This document shows positions 29,154 through 38,743 of a DNA stretch of 64,000 nt, piece by piece. A model generated the notes under the pieces. The model saw nothing but the letters and a program-made list of their open reading frames with translations. It had not been told where the DNA came from and did not search any database. Source of the DNA: an uncultured Bdellovibrionales bacterium. Its GTDB lineage: Bacteria > Patescibacteriota > Minisyncoccia > Moranbacterales > DUUL01. The DNA lies in contig CAYQVD010000005.1 in assembly GCA_964421125.1 (NCBI GenBank), positions 867 to 64,866 on the forward strand, in the 5' to 3' direction. The position numbers were made by a program, and so were the translations under genes. Numbering within the stretch: position 1 is the stretch's first letter; each line of letters opens with the position of its first letter.

Positions 29154-32100
29154 TTATTCTTCCAAAGAATTATCCTTTTTAGAAAAGTCTTTAATTTCCT
29201 CAGAAACACTTGTCTTTGTTTCAACGTTTCTGTCTTTTTTAATCAAACGGATATCAAGCGCGAGTGCCTTTAGTTCGTTAACAAGAACATGAAATGAAGC
29301 AGGAACATTCGGAGCCTTAATTGGCTCTCCTTTAATAATTGACTCGTAAGCACTTGATCGCCCAAGCACATCATCAGATTTAATAGTCAACATTTCCTGT
29401 AAAGTGTGAGCTGCACCATATCCTTCCAATGCCCAAACTTCCATTTCTCCAAATCTCTGTCCTCCAAATTGAGCTTTTCCACCCAAAGGCTGTTGAGTAA
29501 TCAATGAGTAAGGACCAATTGACCTCATATGAATCTTGTCTTCCACAAGATGATTCAGCTTCATAAAATACATAAAACCAACAGTAGTTGTTTCAGCAAA
29601 AGGTACACCATTCTTTCCGTTAACCAATTGCATTTTACCATTAGTATTTAATCCAGCTTTCTTAAGTTCTCCCTTAATCTCTTCTTCAGTCACTCCACTA
29701 AGAGATGGAGATGCTACCTTATATCCCAATACTCCAGTTGCCCAACCAAGATGAATTTCAAAAATCTGTCCAAGATTCATACGAGAAGGAACACCAAGTG
29801 GAGTTAGAATAATATCAACTGGAGTTCCATCTGGTAAGAAAGGCATATCTTCAACAGGAGCAATCTTTGAAATTACACCCTTGTTTCCATGACGTCCTGC
29901 TAATTTATCTCCAACGGAAACCTTTCGGAACTGAGCTATTGAAATTTGAATTTGTTGAATTACTCCAGCTGGAAGTTTATCTCCCTGCTCTCGTGAAAAC
30001 ACTTTAATATCAACCACCTTTCCACTTTCTCCATGAGGCAGATATAAAGAAGTGTCTTTAACATCTCGAGATTTTTCACCAAAAATTGCTCGAAGAAGTC
30101 TTTCTTCTGGGGTTAAATCTCCCTCTCCCTTTAATGTAACTTTTCCAATCAAAATATCTCCAGAATTTATTTCTGCTCCAATTCGAATCACACCAGTTTC
30201 ATCAAGATTTTTCAATCGATCTTCTCCAATATTTGGAATGTCTCTTGTTACTACCTCAGGTCCAAGCTTAGTATCTCGAACATCAACTTTAAGATCTTCA
30301 ATATGGATTGAACTATATCGATCATCATGTAAAAGTTTTTCAGAAATAATAATTGCATCCTCAAAATTAAATCCTTCCCATGGCATAAATGCCATTAAAA
30401 CATTCTGCCCAAGAGCAAGTTCTCCATTTTCAGTTGAAGCTCCATCAGCCAATAAATCTCCTCTTTTAACTTTTTGTCCTCTTGAAACTCGAGGCACTTG
30501 ATTCATACAAGTAAAAGCATTTGATTTAGCAAAATTATGAAGTGGATAATTTCTTTTTCCAGCCTTCTTTTTTCCCTCAGCAGCTTCTTTGACAACTATG
30601 TGACTTGCATCAACTTCAATAATTTCTCCATCAGCTCGAGCAAGAACAACTTGCCCAGAATCAGCTGCAGCTTTATCTTCTAATCCAGTCCCAACAATTG
30701 GAGATTGTGGCTTTACACAAGAAACAGCCTGTCGTTGCATATTTGATCCCATCAATGCTCGATTAGCATCATCATGTTCCAAAAAAGGAATCAAGGAAGT
30801 TGCCACTGAAATACATTGCTTAGAAGAAACGTCAATATACTCAAGATTCTCTTTTTCAACAGTTTGTGGTTCTCCTTCGTATCGAACTGCCACATGTTCC
30901 CCGAGAATATTCCCAATATCATCTTGGCTCACTCCTTCGTGAGCAATTTTATATTTTTCTTCAGCACTTGCATTCATATATTCAATTTTGTCACCAATAA
31001 ATGTAACAACTTTAATTTTGTCCTTAGCAGATTTCTTTATTTTTGCTATATTTTCAATTGTAATATGCTCACCTTTCTTCAAGATGACTTCACCTTTTTT
31101 ATCCTTAACATTCTCATCTAAAATTCTTCCTTCCCAATTCTTTGCATTAAGAGAAAGCTCTCTTTTAATCTTTCTATAAGGAGTTTCAATAAATCCATAT
31201 TCATTTATTCGAGCATAACAAGCTAAATGTCCAACCAAGCCAATATTCGGTCCCTCAGGCGTTTGCACTGGACAAATTCTTCCATAATGAGACGAGTGAA
31301 CGTCTCGAACCTCAAACCCTGCTCTTTCACGAGTTAATCCTCCAGGTCCCATCGCACTTAATCGTCTTTTATGCTCAAGTTCCGCTAATGGATTTACTTG
31401 ATCCATAAATTGAGAAAGCTGAGAAGAAGCAAAAAACTCCTTAATAATAGCAGCGACTGGTCGAGGATTTATTAAAAGTCCTGGAACAACAGTTGCACTA
31501 TCACAAGTACTCATACGATCTTTAATATTTCGACTCATTCGAGCCAATCCAATTCTAATTCTATTTTGAACTAATTCTCCAACTCCTCGTAACCTTCTTG
31601 ACCCAAGATGATCAATATCATCAGGTTTTCCTTGAGGATCATTGTTAAGATTGATTGCTTCTTTAATAATAGCAGAAAGTTCATCAAGTCCAAGAACCCT
31701 ATTTTCTTCTTTTCCTTCTTCTTTATTCATATTAAGTCTCATATTCAATCGATATCGTCCTACTCGACTGAAATCATATCGATCAAAACTAAAGAAAATA
31801 CTATCAACCATTTGTTTAGCATTCTCTTTAGTTGCTAGATCTCCCGGTCGAAGTCTTTTATAAATCTCCTTATATGCATCTCCAAGATTTTTCACTGGAT
31901 CCTTATTAAGTGTTTCCTGGATATAAGAAATTTCTCCATTATCAGTTTCTTTAAATGTCTTTAAAATCTTCTCATCAGTCTCCAAACCAAAAATTCTCAA
32001 AATTGAGGTTACTGGAATTTTTCTCTTTCTATCAATCTTAGCCCAAATTACTCCATCGAAGTCAGTTTCAAGTTCAAGCCAAGCACCTCGATTTGGAATA

Positions 32101-32606
32101 ATTTTTGCTCCAAAAAGCTTTCTTCCCTTATTATATTCCATTGTAAAGAAAACTCCTGGACTTCTGATAAGCTGAGAAACAACAACACGCTCAACTCCAT
32201 TAATAATAAAAGTTCCTCTATCAGTCATCAATGGAAAATCAGCTAAAAAAATTTCCTGCTCTCGAACTTCTCCAGTCTTTTTTAAAAGCAATGATGCCTT
32301 AATTCGAAGTGGTGCATCAAATGAAACATTTTTGTCTCGTGATGTAGCTTCATCATATTTTGACTCATCTAAGTAATACTCACCAAAAGACAGTTCCATT
32401 TCCTTATTAGTAAAGTCACCAATTGGAGAAACCTCATCCAACACTTCTCTTAATCCTCCTTCAAGCAACCAATCATAAGAAGCAGTTTGAGGTTCAATTA
32501 AGTTTGGCAATGAAACCATTGCACGCTTCTGGAAGAATTTTCTTTTCGAAAGACTTGAATGTGCGCTGAAACGTGATTTTACAGCAAGTTTTTTTTCTGT
32601 TGGCAT
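29154..32606 (-). CDS. rpoB: DNA-directed RNA polymerase subunit beta
   Basis: 1150 aa with conserved beta-subunit blocks (PNLIEPQ..., GPGGLTRERAGFEVRDVH..., GRHGNKGVISKI...). The start could alternatively be the internal Met at MVSLPNLIE. Confidence 0.95.
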   Translation of the reverse strand: MPTEKKLAVKSRFSAHSSLSKRKFFQKRAMVSLPNLIEPQTASYDWLLEGGLREVLDEVSPIGDFTNKEMELSFGEYYLDESKYDEATSRDKNVSFDAPLRIKASLLLKKTGEVREQEIFLADFPLMTDRGTFIINGVERVVVSQLIRSPGVFFTMEYNKGRKLFGAKIIPNRGAWLELETDFDGVIWAKIDRKRKIPVTSILRIFGLETDEKILKTFKETDNGEISYIQETLNKDPVKNLGDAYKEIYKRLRPGDLATKENAKQMVDSIFFSFDRYDFSRVGRYRLNMRLNMNKEEGKEENRVLGLDELSAIIKEAINLNNDPQGKPDDIDHLGSRRLRGVGELVQNRIRIGLARMSRNIKDRMSTCDSATVVPGLLINPRPVAAIIKEFFASSQLSQFMDQVNPLAELEHKRRLSAMGPGGLTRERAGFEVRDVHSSHYGRICPVQTPEGPNIGLVGHLACYARINEYGFIETPYRKIKRELSLNAKNWEGRILDENVKDKKGEVILKKGEHITIENIAKIKKSAKDKIKVVTFIGDKIEYMNASAEEKYKIAHEGVSQDDIGNILGEHVAVRYEGEPQTVEKENLEYIDVSSKQCISVATSLIPFLEHDDANRALMGSNMQRQAVSCVKPQSPIVGTGLEDKAAADSGQVVLARADGEIIEVDASHIVVKEAAEGKKKAGKRNYPLHNFAKSNAFTCMNQVPRVSRGQKVKRGDLLADGASTENGELALGQNVLMAFMPWEGFNFEDAIIISEKLLHDDRYSSIHIEDLKVDVRDTKLGPEVVTRDIPNIGEDRLKNLDETGVIRIGAEINSGDILIGKVTLKGEGDLTPEERLLRAIFGEKSRDVKDTSLYLPHGESGKVVDIKVFSREQGDKLPAGVIQQIQISIAQFRKVSVGDKLAGRHGNKGVISKIAPVEDMPFLPDGTPVDIILTPLGVPSRMNLGQIFEIHLGWATGVLGYKVASPSLSGVTEEEIKGELKKAGLNTNGKMQLVNGKNGVPFAETTTVGFMYFMKLNHLVEDKIHMRSIGPYSLITQQPLGGKAQFGGQRFGEMEVWALEGYGAAHTLQEMLTIKSDDVLGRSSAYESIIKGEPIKAPNVPASFHVLVNELKALALDIRLIKKDRNVETKTSVSEEIKDFSKKDNSLEE

Positions 32607-32951
32607 GAATGTATTTCGTTATTTGCTAAAAAATTCTATAAGAGTTTATTTGGAAATCCTTTTTTATTGCAATATATTAAACTTACAAAAAATATGGGAT
32701 TTTCAAATAAGCTCTAGAGCATATACGCTTACAATCTTTAAAAATAAGATATTAAACATATAAGACTTAAATTCTGCAACGATCTCTAGTGGAAGACAAA
32801 AAAGCAACCAGCGTAACTGATCCTTTCTGTGAATTGGATTTTAATAGACGACAATTTTATTCATTTGTACTCCCCTAATTAGAGCTTGGCTCCTTTTTTA
32901 CTAGCTTTAACTAGTATTGTTAGCGTGTAAAATTTATTCTACACACTTTAT

Positions 32952-33233
32952 TTAGTTTGTCAAACAATAACACCCCGCCTCTGCGACGGTTTTGGCAATT
33001 CTTGTTGAACTGTATGTCGTTTCATCTGAATCGACTTCTATATTGTTCAATTGTTCTTTCTTTATTCTATTCTTTTCTAAAATCTTGTCAATATTCACTA
33101 AAAGCTTTAGCGAAAGATTATTCTCCTCTTGCCAACTCATCTTATCAATAATATTAAATTCCTTTTCTCGCAAAAGTTGTAATTCAATTTGTTGACCCTT
33201 AATCAAAATTTTAATCAAAAATTCTTTTTTCAT
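32952..33233 (-). CDS. Small hypothetical ORF upstream of rpoB (uncertain)
   Basis: 93 aa with no recognisable family. It lies in a ~650-bp leader between tRNA-Gly and rpoB and could be non-coding. Confidence 0.25.
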   Translation of the reverse strand: MKKEFLIKILIKGQQIELQLLREKEFNIIDKMSWQEENNLSLKLLVNIDKILEKNRIKKEQLNNIEVDSDETTYSSTRIAKTVAEAGCYCLTN

Positions 33234-33271
33234 TTTTCAATTAGATCACCAAGAATTAATAAAATTATCTG

Positions 33272-33343
<72 letters not shown>

Positions 33344-33724
33344 AAATATTTGAACTTCAAAGCAATTTTGATTATATATGAATTTTAAAAAAATTCAAGT
33401 CTTGAATTATATCATCAAGATTATCAATTGAAAATACTTCTATTTTCATGCGTATTAGTTAAATATAGAAAAATGTAATTTTAATAATAAAACAAAGATT
33501 GACATTTTATTCTTACTACAGTACCATGAAAAATCAACTTGAATAAATAACAATCAAAACAATAACTAATATTCTGGTTTTTTATTAAAAATTTCTACAA
33601 AGCAGTTAATCTGTAAAAATATAAAAATTTACATTTTAGACTTGCATGAAATAATTTTTTAGTTTATTATTAAGTTAAAGAATTTACAGAAAACAAAAAT
33701 AAATAACCAAAATAAAAAAAGTAT

Positions 33725-34591
33725 ATGAACGATACAAAGGGGAAAGATTCTTCTAATGAAGATGCTTTACAGCAAGAAAAAGTAGAATCTTTACAAAAAA
33801 TGATAGATACTGCTGAACAGACAATTACATCTGCTAGACAAATGCTTGCTCAAATGCAAGGAGCCCCAAAGCAATCAAAGTATCAATCAACTAATTCAAA
33901 GGATGATGGAAAAGTTGTTTATGGAAACTTTGATGGACAAATCATGGTTGGAGATGACGGAAAACAATATCCCGTTCCAGCTAATTATGCTTCAAAATCG
34001 AAAATCGTTGAGGGTGACATGCTCAAACTTATCATCACTCCAGACGGAAGTTTTATTTACAAACAAGTCGGTCCAGTTGAAAGAAAATATTTGATTGGAA
34101 TTGTTGAAGCTGACGAAAGAGGAAATTACATCGTTAATGCTGAGGGAGAGAAATATAAAGTTCTTCTTGCAGCTGCCACTTATTTTAAGATAGAATTTGG
34201 AGATGAAGTAACACTCGTTGTCCCTCGTGACCACGCTCCAGTTTGGGGTGCAATTGAAAATATTCTAAGGAAAGCTGAAGATGTCAATGACCCTACTGAA
34301 ACCTATTCAAATATTCCAGAAGACGAGGAAAACATAGAGAATGATCAAAATGAAGAATTAGAAGAAAACTCCCCCGTTAATATTAAAGATGACGAAGAAA
34401 ACAATGAAACAAAAGCTGACGAAGAAGAACATATTTCAGCAATTGAAAGACTTCAAAAAGAAATTGAAGAAGAAAGAAAGAAAAAACATTCTGATACAGA
34501 TATAATAGATGAATGGATGCCAGACATCGAGCAAATTAAAAAAGAAGCTAGCCATCCAGCTGGCGCCAACTCTGATCAATTAGAAAAATAG
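33725..34591 (+). CDS. Hypothetical protein with a conserved central beta-rich domain and a highly acidic C-terminal tail
   Basis: 288 aa. The C-terminal third is Glu/Asp-rich (EDEENIENDQNEELEEN...). Confidence 0.45.
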   Translation: MNDTKGKDSSNEDALQQEKVESLQKMIDTAEQTITSARQMLAQMQGAPKQSKYQSTNSKDDGKVVYGNFDGQIMVGDDGKQYPVPANYASKSKIVEGDMLKLIITPDGSFIYKQVGPVERKYLIGIVEADERGNYIVNAEGEKYKVLLAAATYFKIEFGDEVTLVVPRDHAPVWGAIENILRKAEDVNDPTETYSNIPEDEENIENDQNEELEENSPVNIKDDEENNETKADEEEHISAIERLQKEIEEERKKKHSDTDIIDEWMPDIEQIKKEASHPAGANSDQLEK

Positions 34592-34606
34592 ATTTTTATA
34601 ATTCAC

Positions 34607-34660
34607 CCTGTTAAATCTCGCTTTGCGGGAAATTCGCAGGAACAAATTTATTTAACAGGG
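34607..34660. repeat. Palindromic hairpin element, copy D (CCCTGTTAAAT-N32-ATTTAACAGGG)
   Basis: Perfect 11-bp arms at 34607-34617 and 34650-34660, with an internal short stem TGCG..CGCA. It sits 15 bp after the upstream stop and 13 bp before the next ATG. Confidence 0.6.
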
Positions 34661-34673
34661 TAAAAAAACAAAA

Positions 34674-35297
34674 ATGAAAAATCTTAAAACCAACTTAATT
34701 CCAAAAGATTATTTTTTAGTATCTTTTATTGCTGTATCGTTTTCTATCTTTGTTATTCCCATTATTAAAAATGTTGTAGCAATAAAAATTACTTATGCAA
34801 TAATAATCGCTGAAATTATCCTCCTTCTAATATTAGCCAATCTGGCTCTCTGGGTTGCATCTTTATTAGCAAAAAAAATTCCAATCATTCTTCAATTAGC
34901 TAAGTTTGTTGCTGTTGGAGTCTTCAATACCTTCCTTAACTGGGGAGTTGTTAATCTACTTATGTTCCTAACTCAGGCATTTGAAGGATTACTATATACT
35001 GTCTATATCATTATTGCTTTCATAATCGCTAATTTCGCCAGCTTCTTCTGGAATAAATACTGGGTCTTTCCTAAAGACAAAAAAAATCAAGACAGTGCCG
35101 AAAAAGATTATTTACAGTTCCTTCTTGTTAGTGTAATTGGGCTCCTTATTCAAGCAGGAATTGCAACTGCTTGGGTTGGGCTTATTCCAACTACTTCCAG
35201 TGCTCCACTTTGGGCAAACATCGGCTTAATTCTCGGAACTGTCTTTTCAATGGTTTGGAACTTTCTTGGATATAAATTTATCGTTTTCAAGAAATAG
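34674..35297 (+). CDS. GtrA-like family membrane protein
   Basis: 207 aa with 4-5 predicted helices. The C-terminal half KFVAVGVFNTFLNWGVVNLLMFL...FFWNKYWVF matches the GtrA-like pattern. Confidence 0.5.
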   Translation: MKNLKTNLIPKDYFLVSFIAVSFSIFVIPIIKNVVAIKITYAIIIAEIILLLILANLALWVASLLAKKIPIILQLAKFVAVGVFNTFLNWGVVNLLMFLTQAFEGLLYTVYIIIAFIIANFASFFWNKYWVFPKDKKNQDSAEKDYLQFLLVSVIGLLIQAGIATAWVGLIPTTSSAPLWANIGLILGTVFSMVWNFLGYKFIVFKK

Positions 35298-35542
35298 TCT
35301 TTTTATATCTCGCAAAAGGGGCCTACAATGGCTTCTTTTTTATTTTAAATTTTTCCAAATTAAGATCCCTTTTTTACAAGACACAATATGTCATTTTTTG
35401 AACGTAATGGTATTAAAACAGAAAACTTATCCTTTGAGTAAATGTCTCTTTAGCTACTTAAATATTTGAAAGCAAAAATAAATTCAGTGAAAAAAATTAC
35501 ATATTGTGTCTTAACAATCCAATCCTTAAAAAATTTACCGAA

Positions 35543-35572
35543 TTGACTCTCAACACTGATTGCATGTATAAT
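35543..35572 (+). promoter_or_regulatory. Sigma70-like promoter TTGACT-N18-TATAAT for dnaX
   Basis: -35 TTGACT at 35543-35548 and -10 TATAAT at 35567-35572, 44 nt upstream of the dnaX ATG. Confidence 0.45.
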
Positions 35573-35615
35573 CAAAAAGAAGTTACACTTTAATCTCCTA
35601 TAATAACCGCTAATT

Positions 35616-37298
35616 ATGGCAACTCTTTACCGGAAATATCGTCCAACAAAATTTTCTGAAACAACTGGTCAACGTCACGTGGTACGAACACTTTCAGGCG
35701 CAATTAAAAATAATCGAATTGGTCATGCTTTCCTTCTTACTGGTCCTCGAGGAATTGGAAAAACAACTCTAGCTAGAATCTTTTCAAAGACCGTTAATTG
35801 TCTTGATCCACAAAAATCAGAAGAAGATACCATTGCAATTGAACCTTGTAACAAATGCGAGAATTGCAAAAAAATTATGGAGAATAAGGCAATTGATATG
35901 ATTGAGATTGATGCTGCTTCACATACGGGAGTTGATAATATTCGTCAATTAAAAGAAGGGATTAATCTCCCACCAACTGGATTGAAATACAAGATGTATA
36001 TTATCGATGAAGTTCACATGCTTTCAATCGGAGCATTCAATGCTCTCTTAAAAACACTGGAAGAGCCCCCAGCTCATGCAATCTTCATTCTTGCAACCAC
36101 TGAACTTCATAAGGTACCAGAAACGATTATATCAAGATGTCAGCGTTTCGATCTGCATCGACTCACTCAAAATCAAATCATTGAAAGACTGAAACAAATC
36201 TCAAAAAGTGAAAAAGTTGAAGTTGAAATTGAAGCCCTAGAGAACATCGCCCTTGAATCTGAAGGAGGAATGCGAGATGCTGAATCTCTCCTAGGACAAA
36301 TACTTTCATTTGAAGATAAAAAAATAACTGCTAAGGAGGTTAGTAAAATTCTTGGAACATCGTCTCGAAAAAATGTTCTTGATTTTCTAAAAACTATTAT
36401 CGAAAATGACACTGAATCCACAATAAATCTAATCAATAAACTTCAAGATGAGGGCTTTAATTTAAGAAACTTCAATAAGCAACTCCTTTCTCTATTAAGA
36501 AGCTGTCTAATTGCAAAAATAAATCCAGGATCTTTTTCAAAAATCATAACAAACCTCACAAAAGAACAATCTGAATTAATTAATTCCATTGCACAAAAAA
36601 CTGAACTCCCAACACTATTGAAGCTAACAGAGTTATTCCAAAAAAGTCTTCTTAAATTCAAAGAGACTTCAATTCCCCAACTCCCTCTTGAAATAGCTAT
36701 AATTGAACATCATATTTTAACTACAAAGCCTGCAGAAACTCAAACCAAAAGTAATCCTCAATCAACCCAGGAAAATCAAAAAAAAAATCCTTCTGAAATA
36801 AAAGAAGTAAAAACAGCTATTTCTAAGATAATTACGAGAGAAATAGAGCCTTCTATAGAAGCTTCTACAGAAGCCTCTACTAAAAAAACGAAAAACTCCA
36901 ATGAAAAAAATGAACAAAAAACACCCCTGTCTAATTCAAAACAAATAAAAACCTCCTTAGGAGACATTATTGAAAAATGGAGCGAACTTATTGAGATAGT
37001 TAAGCCAGCTAATCATTCTATTCATGCTTTCTTAAAAAACTGTGTTCCAGCTGGAATTTCAGATAATAAGCTATATATAAAAACCAAGTATGACTTCTAT
37101 AAAGACAAGCTTAATGAGGCTAGTAGTAAGTTGACAGTTCAAGAGGCTCTTGCTAAAATCACCAAAGAAAAAATATCAGTTATAGTAATAACGGAAAAAG
37201 AAGTAGTGGGAATGAAATTCAATGAAAAAGAAAGTGGACCAGGAGAAAAAAACGTCCTCCACGATGCAATGCAGATGATTGGAGGAAAATTAGTTTAG
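35616..37298 (+). CDS. dnaX: DNA polymerase III subunits tau/gamma
   Basis: N-terminal YRPTKFSETTGQRHVVRTLSGAIKNNRIGHAFLLTGPRGIGKTT, a zinc module CNKCENCKK, and Walker B IIDEVHMLS. Confidence 0.9.
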   Translation: MATLYRKYRPTKFSETTGQRHVVRTLSGAIKNNRIGHAFLLTGPRGIGKTTLARIFSKTVNCLDPQKSEEDTIAIEPCNKCENCKKIMENKAIDMIEIDAASHTGVDNIRQLKEGINLPPTGLKYKMYIIDEVHMLSIGAFNALLKTLEEPPAHAIFILATTELHKVPETIISRCQRFDLHRLTQNQIIERLKQISKSEKVEVEIEALENIALESEGGMRDAESLLGQILSFEDKKITAKEVSKILGTSSRKNVLDFLKTIIENDTESTINLINKLQDEGFNLRNFNKQLLSLLRSCLIAKINPGSFSKIITNLTKEQSELINSIAQKTELPTLLKLTELFQKSLLKFKETSIPQLPLEIAIIEHHILTTKPAETQTKSNPQSTQENQKKNPSEIKEVKTAISKIITREIEPSIEASTEASTKKTKNSNEKNEQKTPLSNSKQIKTSLGDIIEKWSELIEIVKPANHSIHAFLKNCVPAGISDNKLYIKTKYDFYKDKLNEASSKLTVQEALAKITKEKISVIVITEKEVVGMKFNEKESGPGEKNVLHDAMQMIGGKLV

Positions 37299-37375
37299 TT
37301 TTTAGATAGTAGTTAATAGTTTTTAGTTATCTTTTTTAATTACTCAATCTACCAACTAATAACTACAAACTAAAA

Positions 37376-37447
37376 TGGGGAGTAGCCAAGCGGTAAGGCA
37401 CACGGTTTTGATCCGTGTATGCGGGGGTTCGAATCCCTCCTCCCCAA
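37376..37447 (+). tRNA. tRNA-Gln (anticodon UUG)
   Basis: 72 nt. Acceptor UGGGGAG/CUCCCCA, D arm GCCAAGCGGUAAGGC (as in E. coli tRNA-Gln), anticodon loop UUUUGAU, and T loop UUCGAAU. Confidence 0.85.
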
Positions 37448-37538
37448 CATTCATATTAAGAAACATTCAATTCAGATTGGGTGTTTTTTAATATTCATTT
37501 TATGAGAAGCTTAAAACTATCTTATGTCAAGAAATAAC

Positions 37539-38726
37539 TTAATAACTATTAAAGATTCCATAAGGAGTATCAAGAACTACTTTATTTCCCTTATTTTCGT
37601 TAGATTCGCAAATTCCAAGATCAAATAATTCAACACCAGTTTCAGTTGATATTTCCTGAAGGATTTTTTCAAATTCAATATTGTCCTCACCAACAACATC
37701 AATTCCCACACCACAATTAAAATCCTCGAACATCTCTTCCCACGTAGTACCTGATTCATTTTGAATAAGTTGAAAAATTCCAGGCGGACTCAACATTTTC
37801 TTTTTGTATAAAATATCTTGACCAATATGACCAATTTTTGTGGCACCTCCTCCCGTATTCATGCTAATCCCATGAAGCATTTCAAGCATATTCTCTTCTT
37901 TGAGTTTCTTAACTATTCTTTTTATAACAATCGCCCACTGTCTAGTTGGAGAAAGAATGGCTTCACTTACGGTCATCCCTCCTAATGTCGCTGGTTTATC
38001 ATCGACAAGATATTTGCCTCTATAACCATGATTGCCACCACTTAAAAATGGATACTTTTCTGAATATTTTGAATTCATTAAATCAATTCTTGATAAAGAA
38101 ACTCCATTAGACATTAAACCAGAATTTTTCTCAGTTTCCCATTTAGCCTTCCCATCACTAGCAAACCCATATATTTTGTCTCCTGGTTTAATATTACCGG
38201 AAATTACATCCGACTTTTTTGTTCTAGCATATATAGACACATCAAAAATCATACTTTGAACTTGAGTCGGAAGATCTGCAGTTTCACCACCAAGAAAATA
38301 AGTCATATCAAACCCGTGTTTTTTATACATCTCCAATAATTCAGAAATACGCAATGCAATTTGTTCCATTATTAAATCCTTTGGCAGATTAATTGCATTA
38401 ATATTAATAACATCAGTTATAACCCATTTACCTGATAAAAATCCGCTAGCAGCAATGTCTCCCGTATTCATAGATATAGCATCATCTACTGCTCCCTGAA
38501 AAATAGTCTTGTCCCCAGTTTCAAAATAATGCAAAGCGCGTTGAACAATCTTACTTCCATCACCGTCCATATGTTGAGTAAAAACAGTTTCAGGAATTTC
38601 TGGATCATTAACAATATTCACAAATGCATTAGGATAATCATTCGCAATATGCTTTTTAAATATTTTTCTAACACTTGTCTTTCCAGCATCAATTCCAAGT
38701 TCTTGATATTTATTTGATTTATTCAT
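37539..38726 (-). CDS. purM: Phosphoribosylformylglycinamidine cyclo-ligase (AIR synthetase, PurM-like)
   Basis: DGDGSKIV (cf. DGVGTK), LSPTRQW (cf. LAPTRIY), NTGGG and FNCGVG motifs are present. 395 aa, longer than the typical PurM. Confidence 0.7.
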   Translation of the reverse strand: MNKSNKYQELGIDAGKTSVRKIFKKHIANDYPNAFVNIVNDPEIPETVFTQHMDGDGSKIVQRALHYFETGDKTIFQGAVDDAISMNTGDIAASGFLSGKWVITDVININAINLPKDLIMEQIALRISELLEMYKKHGFDMTYFLGGETADLPTQVQSMIFDVSIYARTKKSDVISGNIKPGDKIYGFASDGKAKWETEKNSGLMSNGVSLSRIDLMNSKYSEKYPFLSGGNHGYRGKYLVDDKPATLGGMTVSEAILSPTRQWAIVIKRIVKKLKEENMLEMLHGISMNTGGGATKIGHIGQDILYKKKMLSPPGIFQLIQNESGTTWEEMFEDFNCGVGIDVVGEDNIEFEKILQEISTETGVELFDLGICESNENKGNKVVLDTPYGIFNSY

Positions 38727-38743
38727 GAGAATTTTAAAATCAA

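Noticed and set aside
25710-32000. Numerous 60-170 aa ORFs antisense to rpoC, rpoB, purL, the giant K/E-rich gene and others
   Set aside because: They lie entirely inside strongly supported genes on the opposite strand, have low-complexity Ser/Phe/Leu-rich translations typical of the antisense of AT-rich coding DNA, and lack start contexts. They are judged spurious.
35565-35572. Extended -10 (TGnTATAAT) in the dnaX promoter
   Set aside because: The TG is immediately adjacent to TATAAT (positions -14/-13 rather than -15/-14), so it does not fit the canonical extended -10 spacing. Only the TTGACT-N18-TATAAT call is retained.
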